Source: Chromera velia (lineage: Eukaryota). Taken from it: DNA of 57,107 nucleotides. Below, piece by piece: positions 40,233-52,845 of this stretch. The stretch spans positions 1-57,107 of the forward strand of contig JAHBMJ010000127.1 in NCBI GenBank assembly GCA_018398765.1. Reading direction: 5' to 3'. A program made the translations under genes and the position numbers. The notes below the pieces were generated by a model. It made no database searches, was not told the origin of the DNA, and was given only the letters and a program-made list of their open reading frames with translations. The stretch's first letter is position 1. Each line of letters opens with the position of its first letter.

Positions 40233-41144
40233 TATCGCATTCAGATGAAAGCCTAAAAATCAATATATACTTCTTATTAGCAGGAATCATTTATCCATTT
40301 TTTCAGCAGCTTGTTTAACTTGAAATTTTGATTCAATAAACAATATTATGCGTGCATCAATTGCAATCAAGTTGAATCAACAAAATTTTTGTTAGTTCTT
40401 ATTTTTATGAAAATTTATTAAAAAACAAAACTGAAAATAAAAATATTTGAGTACTGTAAAGGAGATTGCAGCTAGTTGCAACAATCGATCCCCTTCATAA
40501 TGACGGTGACTCAGAATGAATAATGATAAAATCGATGATGCAATAGCATTCCCTCCGCCCCCCCCCCAAAACAATGAAACATAAATTCAAAATCTTGATA
40601 AATGTTGATAATAAAAATATATAGGCCCAAATCTCCATACAATATTTGTAGGCTTTTAATAGCTTTTAACAAACAAAAACTAGCTCAAAAACATGGATCA
40701 GGTTTTAATACGGTGTTACCTAGAGTTTTTTGGGAGATGGAGTGCTTGACGAACAGGTAGCTGAGGAAACAGGCTGGGGTTTAAAAGGCTTTCAAAAAGA
40801 GCGGGCGCGGGTCCGGCCGCGCCGCCAGCGGGCTCTGCGGCCGGCGGCGCGGCAGGCTCTACATATGGGCTCGCAGGAACGGTGAAGGATCGAGACATGG
40901 TTCGTACAACTTGATTGCCGGTCAGCAGTCTCAAGTGCTGACTCGATTCGATCGTGCGCGACGACGTATACGCAGTGCAGAATCGCCGGTCACAAGACAA
41001 TCGGACCTTGAAGTTGTGGAGGATCCGAGGCAGAGTCTTGCTTGGAGACAGGTGAACAGACTGAGACGCAAGCCCGAGAATCAGAGAGCTTGCGGAGAGT
41101 AGACGGATTGTTTGCAGACAAAGCATCTTGTCTGTCTGTACAAT

Positions 41145-43367
41145 ATGAAATCAATGAAGTATTTCTCACTTTTCCTTTGCCTGTTTATCGTTTGTGTGGT
41201 TGGACAAGGGGTGAGGCTGCTTGTCCCAACGTGGGATGAAGGGAGACGGGAGACGGCAATTTTCCCATCGTACTTGATCTCAACGAACCCGCTTTACCGG
41301 ATCGATGAGGGTGAGGGGAGCAGCAACATCAGTCACACAGTGTATGAGAACATGAAGTCTCTGCCAGCTGACTATGTGCGCTCCTTGCACTGGTACCCCT
41401 ACCCGCATCTGGCTGTGGCTGAGTTGAAGCCTCCCGTCTCGGATGGGGAAACAGGAAAATGCGAATCCTTCTGGGACTTCTCTCTAATTGACCCCATTGT
41501 GGAGGCGGTCTTCGGTGCTGTTGGAAACCGTCCTTTGATCTTTTGCTTTGCCACAACCCCCCTTTGGATGTGGGAAGGCTCCAAGGAGACGGAAGTGCCT
41601 GAGGACCCAAACGTTCAGTTCAGGGAGTACAAGAGGGGAACGAAACTGCGACCGGGGGCAGTTACGAAAATTGCAGATTACTTTGAGCGTGTTGCACGTT
41701 GGTTTGCTTTGGGTGGATTCTTCGATGAATGTGGAGAGTGGCACGAGTCGGGACATCATTATCCTCTGGCTGTTTGGGAAGTGTTGAACGAGCCCGACAT
41801 CGAACATGACCTTTCACCAGAGCTGTACAATGAGATTTATGATGCTGTCGTGACTCGTTTGGCTCCGTTGTTGCCAGATACCAGTTTCCTTGGTGTTTCT
41901 CTGAGTGGGCACAACAGAACGGACTTCATCTCCACTTTCCTCGACGCATCGAAGCATCAAAAGAGGTCTTCTGTGGAAGTGGAGATTCCCATTCAGGGCT
42001 TCAGCACGCACCAGTACGTGGTGGCAGAGGGGGCACTTCCCTCGGTGGCAAATTCTTTTTTCAAACAGATGGATGACTTCGTGGATGAATGCAAAGAGAT
42101 TGAGAAGGCAAGAGAGAGACTGCAGCCATCTTCTGAGTGGTTTATGGGAGAGGTAGGTCAGTGGGCAGACTGTTGGACTGACTGCATGTCAGGCTTCCTT
42201 CTCCTTTTCCGAGTGTGTACTTTCAAAGGCTTAGGATTAGAGGACTGACGCGTTGCCCTGCGGCTCTTGTGCCAGCCCTCACTGGAACGTCGACCTTTGC
42301 CTGTGTGTTCAGCCAAGAACAATTCCGGTTTAGTCAACAAACAATGTCACGTCGTGGCACGCGTTTTTCAAGTGAACGATGAGTACTTTTGTTTGCGTGC
42401 AATGAGATGCAGGTGGGGTGTCTTCCCTCTTGGGAAAAGACAGGCAAGCAGGAAGGGTTTTGGACCCTTTGTGCGGCCTCGTATGCATATCTGTTCGGTC
42501 AGCTGTCGGGTCTGGGGAGTGTCTCAGGGCTGGGGATGAGTCAGGTGATCTCCTTCCCCTCAGACCGGCTCTTTCCTGGAAGTGTGGAGGAGGCAACAAC
42601 AACCAGCATGGTGGACTGGCAAACAGGAGATGGGAATGTGAGGTTAGTGTGTGGAGAGTGGAGAGACTCGTTGAAGCTGATGGCGGCTTTGTTCCCTGCC
42701 CGTCCTCTTTGGTGCCCCTGTGTCTCCTGCTTCCTCTCCTTTCTCTTTCCCTGTCATTTTTGTCTCCCCGCCTTTTTCCTCCCAGCCTCCTTCTTCGTTT
42801 TCTCTTCAACCTCAAACGTTTCTGTGCTTCACTCCCTCCTGTTCGAGATCATTCGGTCCATGCGTCTGGTGTGTCAAAACGGATGAATCTCCCGTTCCTT
42901 GATTCCCTTCTCTTCTCTTCTCTTCACTTCTCTGCCCCTCCCTTCTCTTTTCTTCTGATTCTACCCAGCCCTGCATGTTCATCCAACTGCGTGTTTCTTC
43001 TGTGTATGGATATTTTCTTTCCGTCTTCCGTCTCTACTTGATAGCTTCCTTCCCCGTGTCCCCTTGTCCCCTTTGCCTTGAACTGAATGGTGCCTCTTCT
43101 CCCGCATGGGTTTGTCTCTGCCTTTTTTCCTCTCCACATCGGGGCCTCACATCTCCCTTCTCCATTCCGCCCTCTGTTTCCGTTTCCGTTCTTCTTTTTT
43201 GTGACTTCCTTTCTCTGCCTCCCTTTCTTTTTTGCCTTCTTTCTTCCTTTCCTTCCTCCCTCCCTCCCTCCCTTTTGTCTTTCTTTCTTTCTTTCGTTCT
43301 TTCGTTCGTTCGTTCTTTCTTTCTTTCTTTCTTTCTTTCTTTGTTTCTTTGTTTCTGTGTTTCTTTG

Positions 43368-43408
<41 letters not shown>

Positions 43409-43481
43409 CTTCTTTCTTTTTTTCTTTCTTTCTTTCTTTCTTTGTTTCTTTCTTTCTTTCTCTTCTTTCGTTCTTTCGTTC

Positions 43482-43513
<32 letters not shown>

Positions 43514-43545
43514 GTTCTTTCGTTCTTTCGTTCTTTCTTTGTTTC

Positions 43546-43577
<32 letters not shown>

Positions 43578-44355
43578 GTTCTTTCGTTCTTTCGTTCTTT
43601 CGTTCTTTCTTTCTCTCTCAATGATTCATTGAGTGTTGATTCATTCAATTACTCCTGCCTCCTCACCCCAACCCACCGGTGTTTGTCTTTGGCGTCATTT
43701 TGGTGTTGAAGAGTATTCGATGATCTCACACGACTCACATCACTCTGTTTCTAACCATGCGTCTCTCTGAACGTCCCTCTTCCTCTCCAGGTTCTGGGTC
43801 CTGAAGATGATGCTGGAGGAGCTCCCCTTTGGACCAAAGATGACTGTGCCTGTCCTGTGGGGGCATCCTGCAGACCTGTGGGGATCTCAGGTTGAGTCTG
43901 TTGACATAGGCGCAGGGGCAGTGAAGGAGCGGAGCGTGCCTGTCTACGCATGCGGCTATCTTATCTCATCGCAAACAGACAAGGAAACGAAGACGATCAA
44001 GGCTGCCGAGATCGACTCAACGACAGCGCAGAGAAAGGTCCTGGTCGTCTCGAAATCCCCCAACAGACAGAAAGTGCTTATTGTTGGCGCTGCAGGCGCT
44101 GTGTCTCGTCACTTCAGAGAGACGGCGGACGAAAGAGGGTGCCGAGGTGAGTGCCTTGTTTCCGAGAAAATTCCCCCAGCTGAACCGAGACTTTTCGAAT
44201 CAGAAAAATGGATACAGCAACATCGCGTGGGTCTTCTGGATCTGCCTCCTTTTGGAGTTGTTATTGTGACCCTTCTTGAGGGACGCAGTGGTGACGGCAG
44301 CAGTCCTCGATTCGGGAAGTGGGGGATTGAAGAAGAGATACTCCAATACAGCTGA
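41145..44355 (+). CDS. Secreted clan GH-A glycoside hydrolase, GH39-like (3 exons, about 600 aa)
   Basis: Signal-like MKSMKYFSLFLCLFIVCVVG. Exons 41145-42152, 42413-42642 and 43791-44355 join in phase. WDFSLIDP, TPLWMW, WEVLNEPD (acid/base Glu), WFMGEVG (nucleophile Glu), SMVDWQTGDGNVRFWVLKM. Confidence 0.8.
43275..43618. repeat. Intronic (TTTC)n/(TTCG)n microsatellite
   Basis: Directly visible in intron 2 of the glycosidase gene. Confidence 0.95.
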
Positions 44356-45000
44356 AGCCACGGCAACTTTTACAGTCACCGGAGACGCAGTTCTGCCAGT
44401 TCATGCAGCAGCTCACTATGAAATAGCCGTACACAAGATATATGGCCCCCGGGGCGCGTATGATGGCAGCGCTGTCCATTGAAACATTCCATATGAAGTT
44501 TCACTTTAGCGTATGCAACTATTCACTAGACTATTCATCATTACAATGATCGGTATAATTTTTCATCTAGCAATGACTAGCACGTTTTTCTTATAAATTA
44601 AGACTCTGAGCTAAGAGTTTTGAACCATGTTGTTATGGGTTACTCTGCTAATCTCTAATGACATCTAAGAAAATTAAAAAAAAAAGATCAAGAGACGGAC
44701 CAGTGAAAATAATACTAAAGAGTCAAAAAGTAAAAGAAAGCCATAAGCACAGCATACATAACAAAATCCCCAATCACAAATAAAATAAAACGATTAGAAC
44801 TCAAAAAGGGAAAAATGACGTACTAACATGCTAAAAGTCCTAAGTCCGAACCCGACCTCTTGCACTTTTGCAAAGGATAATACAAAATACTAAAATATAA
44901 AAGGTTCTCTTGGAGGAAGCGAATGAGTCTGAAAAAGCTCAGGAGAGAAGCGGAGGTCTCAGAATATACGCAGAACGTTCTCCTTCTGGATTAGGCGCCC

Positions 45001-45360
45001 TTTTCCCCCCGCACCCTTCTGGAGGCCGAGTGCCCTTTCCAGGTCAATAGCTTACGCCGACTAGGCAAACGCCGTGTTGGAGCCCACTTTTTGGAACTCT
45101 TCAGTCAAAACAGCGTCATGGTCGAAGAGGGTAAGGAGGCGTATGCCTTCCTCATCGAAGACGAGCCTGATCTCCTCCATCATGCCCTTTCCCCCCTCTT
45201 TGACCACATGCAACAGGACATGCTATCCCTTCAGTCCGAATTCTTCGCCGTGTTCCTCTAGCATGTGGTCGACGAACATAAAAAATGAGCCGTCAGTGCA
45301 CCCCTCAGCGAAGATTCCCCCTCCCCAGGGCTTGTAGCCGATTGCTGCAGCCCTGTACAG
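45001..45360 (-). pseudogene. Degenerate OLD-family TOPRIM nuclease domain
   Basis: One frame from 45360 reads GIFAEGCTDGSFF...G*HVLLHVVKEGGKG...GIRLLTLFDHD...FA*SA*AIDLERALGL. EGxxD, GGK, DxD and LE motifs occur in OLD-TOPRIM order, with three in-frame stops. Confidence 0.55.
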
Positions 45361-46929
45361 CTCCCGGCGTTATACTTCCCGTACTGCCCCCCCCCCCCTG
45401 AGCAAGGACAGAGGAGGAAACAGCTACTGCTCCAATTGGGATCGAACATAGGATTCAAGCTCTTCAACTTGTGGAGCGCTCCCCAGGGAATGCCATAACC
45501 TAGATAACCGCATCTGCAGGACCCCCTGGTCTTCTGTAGTAGTACACGTTTAGCTGGTCCACCATAGGCCACCTCTGCCTAATCAAGGGCCACCCCCCCT
45601 CTTAATTGCCCTTGCGACAGCTGCGAGGGCGAAACCACACATGAAAACAAGTCTGAAACTTTTTATGTTCTCGGGGAGAAGGTGGTGTCTGTTGTAATAC
45701 CGTCTTCCCCGACTGAGATGAGCCTCCCCCTGACAATGTCAGGGAGTTCTGGGCCCAAAAAAAAACCTCTGTTGGCGATGGCCCCCTGAGCGATCGTCTC
45801 AATCGTGTAATCCTGAGTCTAAGAGTCCTGCATTGAGGGGGTTCAGAGCAGCGACAGGTAAAAACAAAAAGAACGTAGAGGTTCCCGGAGGAGCTGATAC
45901 TACGAAGGTCCTTGCGCTACTACATGCTGCCACGGGGAGCTCTTGTAAAAAGAGAAGCATCAGAGATTAACACTATACCCTCTGCATGATCGATCTCTCT
46001 TCTGATGAGGAGACCTTGGCGGGCACACCTTCCCGCAGTGAGAGCTTGATCAGTGAAGGGACAATCTTACACCTGATAGAAAAAAGTGTTCAGTTCGAAA
46101 TAGAGTAAAGAACGGAAGTCATTTCTAACAAAAAAAGAGAAAAAGGTACGATGACATCGGTCTAGAAACATATATTTCAGACCCTTAGGTATGTGTCCAG
46201 GAGGGTGGGGGGGGTTTTTTTTCTCGTTGAGACCTAGGTATGTCTGTGGGGGGGGGGGGGCTTTTCACCAAAAGTGACTGAAAGAGCTGTACATACCTTA
46301 CCATATAAAAGTTAAGTGTCTGACGGGGGTTTGTTCCATTTAGCAGAAGAAAAAGAGAGAAGAAAGGAAAGGTCTCATGCCCAGATTGATCATATAGTAG
46401 ATCAATTAAAAAAAAATGCAAGAAAGGGGAGGAAGTTGTTTCTACGGTATGTGAGGATGAGGGGGTGAATGGGGGTGGGGAGGGGAAGGGAAGAGGGTGG
46501 ATGGAGTAGGATCTAGGTGAGGGTTAGGTGGGTTAAAGTAGGTGGGGTGGTTGGTGGTTATATCAGAGAGAGATTTTTTGTCATAAAATCTTAATGGCCT
46601 AGAAGGATACTCATGATATTACTAGTATTGTTTTTCGACTAAGGGAAGGGGATGACTTTAGAATAATTTTATGTGAGAGTGGAGAACTTAGTCTAGTAGT
46701 GAATTCTAGCTGTAAGTCAGACTACTAAGTCTAACTGTAATCAAGTGATTGTTCTATATGTATAGGCTTTAAACTCATGCAAGCTTATGTTTAAAAGTCG
46801 ATTAATTGTATAAATTATTCATGAACTCATTCAAAGATTAGAAACAAACTTTGTTTTTAAGTTAGTACATATACCAGTCTTCATTTTTTTGAAGCCTTAG
46901 GTGTATGCGTNNNNNNNNCATACCTAGTT

Positions 46930-49877
46930 TCTTATATAAATATATAGGGGGGGGGGAGGGGGGCCTAAAAACTATCCCAGAGAGACATATACATAGGTCA
47001 AATAAATAAGAGTTTCCGGACCGATACGATGACATGATGCCGCCTTGCCTGTACACATGCATGCGTGCAATCTCAGTGATCGAGTCCGTAGAGAAGGGTC
47101 CCTGGGTCTGTCGCTCGATGTGATCCAATAAGTCTCTGCGCGTACAGAGGCCTTCGTGCGGTGGGATTCTATCATCCACATATCATTGAACCAGTTGTAA
47201 ACAAACACAAACTCTGATCATCGCACCAACACTGTGGTCCAACAGGGACTGACCCTCTCTTCTGAGTCCTTTGTGCTTCGCCTTGAAGGATTCCGCCCTT
47301 GAGGGTCCCTGTTTCTTTCCCTCCTGTTGAGTCTCAACGCACCATTCGGGTAGAACCCCCCCCCCTCCTGGCCTCGGGCAGACGGCCCTCTTCCTCCAGC
47401 AGAGGCGGATCGGCAGGAGGAAGCGGACGCGGATGAGTAGGTGGGAAGTCCTGCAGCCAGAGAGGCGGCAGAAAGCTGCTCTGATCCCCGTCTGCTGCTG
47501 TGACAATGAGGCGTTACCATCGAAGCAGGGCCAGAGCTTTGCCCAGGGTTTCTCTCCACCCGTCTCCCATCTCCAGAGGGGGTTGTCTCGGAATGAGGCA
47601 CCACCGCAGTCTGTTGTTGCTGTTGCAGGACGGGGGCGAAGAGAGGATCCCCCAGTCCCCCGTTGGGACGCGGCACCACTCCAGTCTTCTGTTGCTGTTG
47701 CAGGACGGGGGCGAAGAGAGGATCCCCCAGTCCCCCGTTGGGACGCGGCACCACTGCAGTCTGCTGTTGCTGTTGCAGGACGGGGGCGAAGAGGGGATCC
47801 CCCACTGGACCCCCAGTCCCCCGTTGGGACGCGGCACCACTGCAGTCTGCTGTTGCTGTTGCAGGACGGGGGCGAAGAGAGGATCCCCCACTGGACCCCC
47901 AGTCCCCCATTGGGACGCGGCACCACTGCAGTCTGTTGTTGCTGTTGCAGGACGGGGGCGAAGAGAGGATCCCCCAGTCCCCCGTTGGGACGCGACACCA
48001 CTCCAGTCTTCTGTTGCTGATAATGGGCAGGGTTTCTCTCCACCCGTCTCCCATCTCCATAAGTTGCTGCTGCATCGTTTCTATGGTCTCTTCCGAATGA
48101 TCGGAGGGTGGGGGGGAGGGGCGGTGGATGAGAGTGAGGGGCGGGTGATGAGTGATCTCCCTCTCCTGATCCTGCCTGCAGCGAAAACGTGGGCGCCATG
48201 GCCTCCCATCGGGACCACGAAACAACTGGATCCTGCACGCATGATATTGCACGGCGCATGTCACTGGCTGTGCATGCTGGGATACTACGTCAGACTTTAT
48301 GTACTAGGCTGTCTATGAGCAGCTATTGCGACGGGATAGCCAGTGAAGTTAGCTTTCTTGTGATTAAGACTCGTTGCTTGATGTTGCCTTCATGTGTGGA
48401 ATTCAGAGGCCGGACCTGGGGCCGGACAGAAGCACTGCGAGTCAAGAACGTATGTACGTACCGAGTTCAGAGTCTTCAGACACGCCCACAAATTGATTGA
48501 AGTTGCAAGCACACACGTCTAAGGCAACACCTGTGTGTTCTGGAATTATTGACAAGCCATTTTTGTTGATCGACGTACCTTGCTTTGAGCAATGGTTGCC
48601 GCAGCGGTCTGAGTGATTGTAGCGATGAGTGCCTTTGCCGTGACAGGTCCTTTAAAATCAAGCAGCGTGGCAGCATCCTCGAGGTCCCGTGGCGTAGCGT
48701 TCTCGTCGGCGACGATTCTGAGGAGTTGTGCCAGAATGTTTACTGCATCTCATTGCACAAGATGTATCTAAACATTGACAAGAGACGCACTGTCAGCATG
48801 CATGCGACGTGCGTCCATATGAGTCGATGAAGCCAGCTGAGGAACTCAGTGCCGACTCACCTTGTTGCTCTGGGGTAGCATCCCCAAGAAGATAGTCGGC
48901 CTCATCTTCCCCCACCATCCCGATCATCGCCTCTGCCCGTCCATGGACCACCCGCACGTGACGGCCATCTGCAGCCTTCAGGCCGGCTGCAGGACACCCT
49001 CGGACTGCAAATCGGGAAAGCACTTCAAACTCCACCCCCTCGTCTTGAAGTTCGTTCTGATCCTCCCCGTCTGCTTCGAGGACGGCAGCGGCGTCGCCCA
49101 TCCGCCACTGCTGGATCGCCTCCATCATCGGCGTTCCTTCCTCGTAGAGGCACCCCGTGATCTCCAGCAGAGCCTTCACCGAACCAGACCCAGAGCAACC
49201 ATCTGCCGAGGCAAAGGGTCTCGAATCACACACAGGTCTCCCGCTGGAGGAAACACTCTGCCCGTCTGAGGGAAGAGTGGAGGTGACTCATCGGGTACAA
49301 TGGACAGTCCTGCACAAAACAAGACAGACGCAGCACGCGACAAAGGAGGGGAAAAAACAAAGACATGCACCGCAGGCAAACACGGCCAGACACAGTCGCG
49401 ATCTCCCCTTCCCCGCAGATCACTCCGACAGCCAGGAGAGAAGGTACGCGCAAACGCATTTATATCTGATTCTTTGATTGAGAAATGTTTATTCGTGATA
49501 TAAGGGACCTGCCTTGGGTTTGTTGAGCGTTGGCGCCGCCGTTGACCAGAAGTTTGTCGTCCATGTTTTGGTTGTCTAGTTCCTCAATTCGATCGTTGAC
49601 GAACAACGTTGGCAGGCGTCCGAGGAAGGGACTGTGCGTTCATGTCGTTGAGAATCCTTTCTCTGATTTCGGCTGTTGTCGTAGAAATCGGGAGACCCAC
49701 GTCTTTGACCCATTCGGTGAATGTGTGGACAGCGTCAACCCTTCTGCACAAACGTGGAAGTGCAACGCTGGTCAAGGAAACCTAACGATTGCACAGCTTG
49801 AAGGACAAAAGAGGCGTCGATAGTCCTCCGACGGAAACATGACAGGAAAAGCGGAAACGAACATATACACAGACGCC

Positions 49878-49914
<37 letters not shown>

Positions 49915-50190
49915 TCTCCCTCCCTCTCTCTCTCACACACACACATACAGACACACATACACATACAGACACACATACACACGTTAGATAGTCTCACAAA
50001 TAGATGTGCATCGTGTGCAAATCACACAGGGAAAATATGAACGGTCTCCCTCTCTACAGATCCATGTGGGGGCTTCACTTGAAATGCTATGGGTTCGCTT
50101 CTCGGAGTGGGCACACACACACTGCTGACCCGCACAGGACCTGCTCCTTCACACCGTCCACGTAGTGAGTGCTCTAGCTCAGACCTGCAG
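46930..50190 (-). pseudogene. Probable degraded multi-exon gene of unknown family
   Basis: Exon-like blocks with AG/GT borders (about 50185-50130, 49781-49510, 49290-48861) and protein-like ORFs. They are interrupted by stops and frameshifts, for example near 49590 and 49177. Confidence 0.3.
47598..48017. repeat. GC-rich 75/86-bp tandem repeat, about 5.3 copies
   Basis: CAGGACGGGGGCGAAGAG at 47626, 47701, 47776, 47862 and 47948 (periods 75, 75, 86, 86). Confidence 0.93.
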
Positions 50191-50560
50191 GCAAAGAGGG
50201 GAAGGGACGAACACACAGGGATGAGAGAGGGAAGCCGTTTTGGCGGCGAAGCCGCCCCCCTGCTCCGCGGTTTCTTTACACGCCTGACCGAAAATAAAGG
50301 ACCACAAACGTCGCTATTTTTCGTGAAAACACGTGCATTCGCATCGGAAAATTATCCCGATTACAGTTCTGGCCTTCGTTTTGCAATTCATGCCCTCCTT
50401 CTCACTCTCTGCTTGCGCATGCGGCTGGCAAAAAAGAAGAAAAGAAGAAGAGGAGACGTGCAACATGCCCAAATTAGCTCGGTCGGACACAGCCGCATAT
50501 TGGCATGCACATCTATTAGTGAGATTGCCAAATACACACACACATATGCACATGCACACA

Positions 50561-50614
<54 letters not shown>

Positions 50615-50677
50615 AAACACACACAACACACACAGCACACACACATACACCCACAGCCACGTACAGGAACACGTACG

Positions 50678-50717
<40 letters not shown>

Positions 50718-50718
50718 T

Positions 50719-50755
<37 letters not shown>

Positions 50756-50822
50756 GACGGAGGGAGGGAGAGAGGGAGGGAGGAAGGGAGGGAGGAAGGG
50801 AGGGAGGGAGGGAGGGAGGAAG
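49878..50822. repeat. Microsatellite clusters (TC)n/(CA)n/(GA)n/(TA)n/(GGGA)n
   Basis: Visible at 49878-49982 and 50534-50822. Confidence 0.9.
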
Positions 50823-50994
50823 GCGACTGAAAGCAGAGGCTGAAGGAAAAACGAAGGACCTGGCGAAGGAGAGGTCTTTCTTCCCACTACTGTTTCTTTC
50901 TGAGATACTGTGCACGGAGTAATGTCTTGCATCTTATTCATTTGCTTTTACAACTCGGCTTGTCTGTTTTTAATGGGTGATGGCCCTCAAGCAG

Positions 50995-52845
50995 TTAGAC
51001 TTGAAAAACCTTCCGCCCTACCCTCCAACTTCGGAGCGGCTCCACCCCCAAAATCAAATACACAAGCGGAATACCGACAAGGAACCCGAACAACAGACTC
51101 AACCCATGGAGAATCTCCGACTTCCACACCCCGACACTCAGGGGCCACCTCCCATAGAGGCCCCATAAAGAGCCCAGGACACGAAATCCCAAAAGGAGTC
51201 CATAAACCACGCCCCCCCCTGGGAACAAAAAACAATACCACCAACAGCTAGTCTCTCGTTCAGCCCTATTTGGGCGCTCTCTCCCCGTCTCTGTCAATGA
51301 GTTTCCCCACCGTCCCTCGCCCTCTTCCTCTCCCAACCTCACTCCATCCGACCCCCCCTCCAAGGACCCTTCATTCCCATTTTCCCCCCTCAGTCCAGAC
51401 CCCTCCTCGATGCCCCCTGCTTCAAATGCAGAGGACTGCACCTCAACTCCAACCTCCTCATCCAACAATCCGTTCCCAACAGGGTCACTCACACCTCCCC
51501 CTCTCCCAACAAATTTGTGAAAGAAAACCAAAGAAAAGGCCATTGCAAACCAGCCGTAGAACATCGACGATGCTCCCCAGCCCCCCGGCCTGTCAAGTAA
51601 ATGAAGCCAATCCGTCCAAACCCAGCGGAGCCAGACAACCGAGCACATCAGGTACGAGAAGAAGAAAACGACTAGACCCCAATACAAACTACCCAACGAG
51701 CCTTCAAGCCACCATCCAAAGATAAGTGACAGCACGCTGTTGGCAGTCAGGTGGACCCAGTCATTGTGGAGCCACGCGTTCAAGAAGTCGTCTACAAACT
51801 CTGAGTATGTCTGTCCCTCCCATCCACACAGATCCTCTTTCAACTCTTTGCTCGCTGTCGTCCTTCCCGCACACACGCGAATACAAGAGACGGAGCCGGT
51901 AAAGACACGATACTCCCTTGCAGGTACAAAGTCACCCCCTTCCCGAAAAGCCTGAGGCCCAGCCCGTCTTTCCAACAACCTCAGACTTCTCTCAGCCAAC
52001 ACCCCCTCGTCCTTTTCCGTCATCTCCTCAACCAACATAGAAGTTTTCTCCTCGAGATGTTGCGCCCCCTTTCGCAATGCGTCTGCCCGTCTCACTCCCC
52101 AGGCACGCAGAGGCAGCGGCAGGGGCAGCGGACCATCATCGAATGGAGACAAACGACTCTTCAAGTTCACGGAACGACTAAACGTGTATCTGTTCCCCAA
52201 AGTCGCATCCAACCCCAATAAAAGACCAATCTCATCCACAGCGGTTGTCTTTCTCAACAAGTGGATGTTTTCTCTTTGTCCCAAGGTCCCCTCCCGCTCT
52301 AATCTCTCTGAAGAGACCCCCTCTATCGATTCAAAACTCGATACAGTCCCTTCTTCTTCCACCCCATCCCTCCCGCCATTCAGGTAAACGACTTGCACAA
52401 CGTCCTGCTCACCCTCTCTCCACTCAGACACCAATGCCCCTTCCCTGTGCTCTGCCGTATCTCTGGCAGACACAACGGTCTCGCAGGACCACCAGGACCC
52501 CCCAGAGGCCTCAAACCTCCGTCTACCTTCACTGCCCTCTCCAGGCGACTGCCGCCTAACCCTACCCTGTGTTACAAAAGTCATCACTCGTGCCTGACCA
52601 CGTGAATCCCACAGGAGATCCTTGTCGACACCAGCACGGGTGACTTCAAGGGCAATTATCCTTTCCCGAAAGCCGAAGTGGATGACGCTGTACAACAGTA
52701 CAGTGAAGAGAGTTACGACCGGAATTGAGACACGACCTACGACACGAGTCAAACAACACAATCCTCCAGAATCGCTCCTTCTCTCTTGCTGCTGGAGCAC
52801 CAACGGAGGAAACAAAGAGTCCCTGCTTGAGTTGGAAACTCTCAT
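50995..52845 (-). CDS. Rhomboid-family intramembrane serine protease, intronless, 616 aa
   Basis: FLNAWLHNDWVHLTANS (H-x4-H-x3-N), GWWLEGSLG, WGASS (GxS catalytic Ser), ILHGLSLLFG (catalytic His helix), and several hydrophobic helices. Confidence 0.85.
   Translation of the reverse strand: MRVSNSSRDSLFPPLVLQQQERRSDSGGLCCLTRVVGRVSIPVVTLFTVLLYSVIHFGFRERIIALEVTRAGVDKDLLWDSRGQARVMTFVTQGRVRRQSPGEGSEGRRRFEASGGSWWSCETVVSARDTAEHREGALVSEWREGEQDVVQVVYLNGGRDGVEEEGTVSSFESIEGVSSERLEREGTLGQRENIHLLRKTTAVDEIGLLLGLDATLGNRYTFSRSVNLKSRLSPFDDGPLPLPLPLRAWGVRRADALRKGAQHLEEKTSMLVEEMTEKDEGVLAERSLRLLERRAGPQAFREGGDFVPAREYRVFTGSVSCIRVCAGRTTASKELKEDLCGWEGQTYSEFVDDFLNAWLHNDWVHLTANSVLSLIFGWWLEGSLGSLYWGLVVFFFSYLMCSVVWLRWVWTDWLHLLDRPGGWGASSMFYGWFAMAFSLVFFHKFVGRGGGVSDPVGNGLLDEEVGVEVQSSAFEAGGIEEGSGLRGENGNEGSLEGGSDGVRLGEEEGEGRWGNSLTETGRERPNRAERETSCWWYCFLFPGGGVVYGLLLGFRVLGSLWGLYGRWPLSVGVWKSEILHGLSLLFGFLVGIPLVYLILGVEPLRSWRVGRKVFQV

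Noticed and set aside
42975..43709. Phe/Ser-rich membrane-like and Lys/Glu/Arg-rich ORFs
   Set aside because: They come from the (TTTC)n microsatellite inside the glycosidase intron.
46455..46560. G-rich tract resembling telomeric repeat or G-quadruplex
   Set aside because: No regular TTAGGG/TTTAGGG periodicity, and G-runs are common throughout the window.
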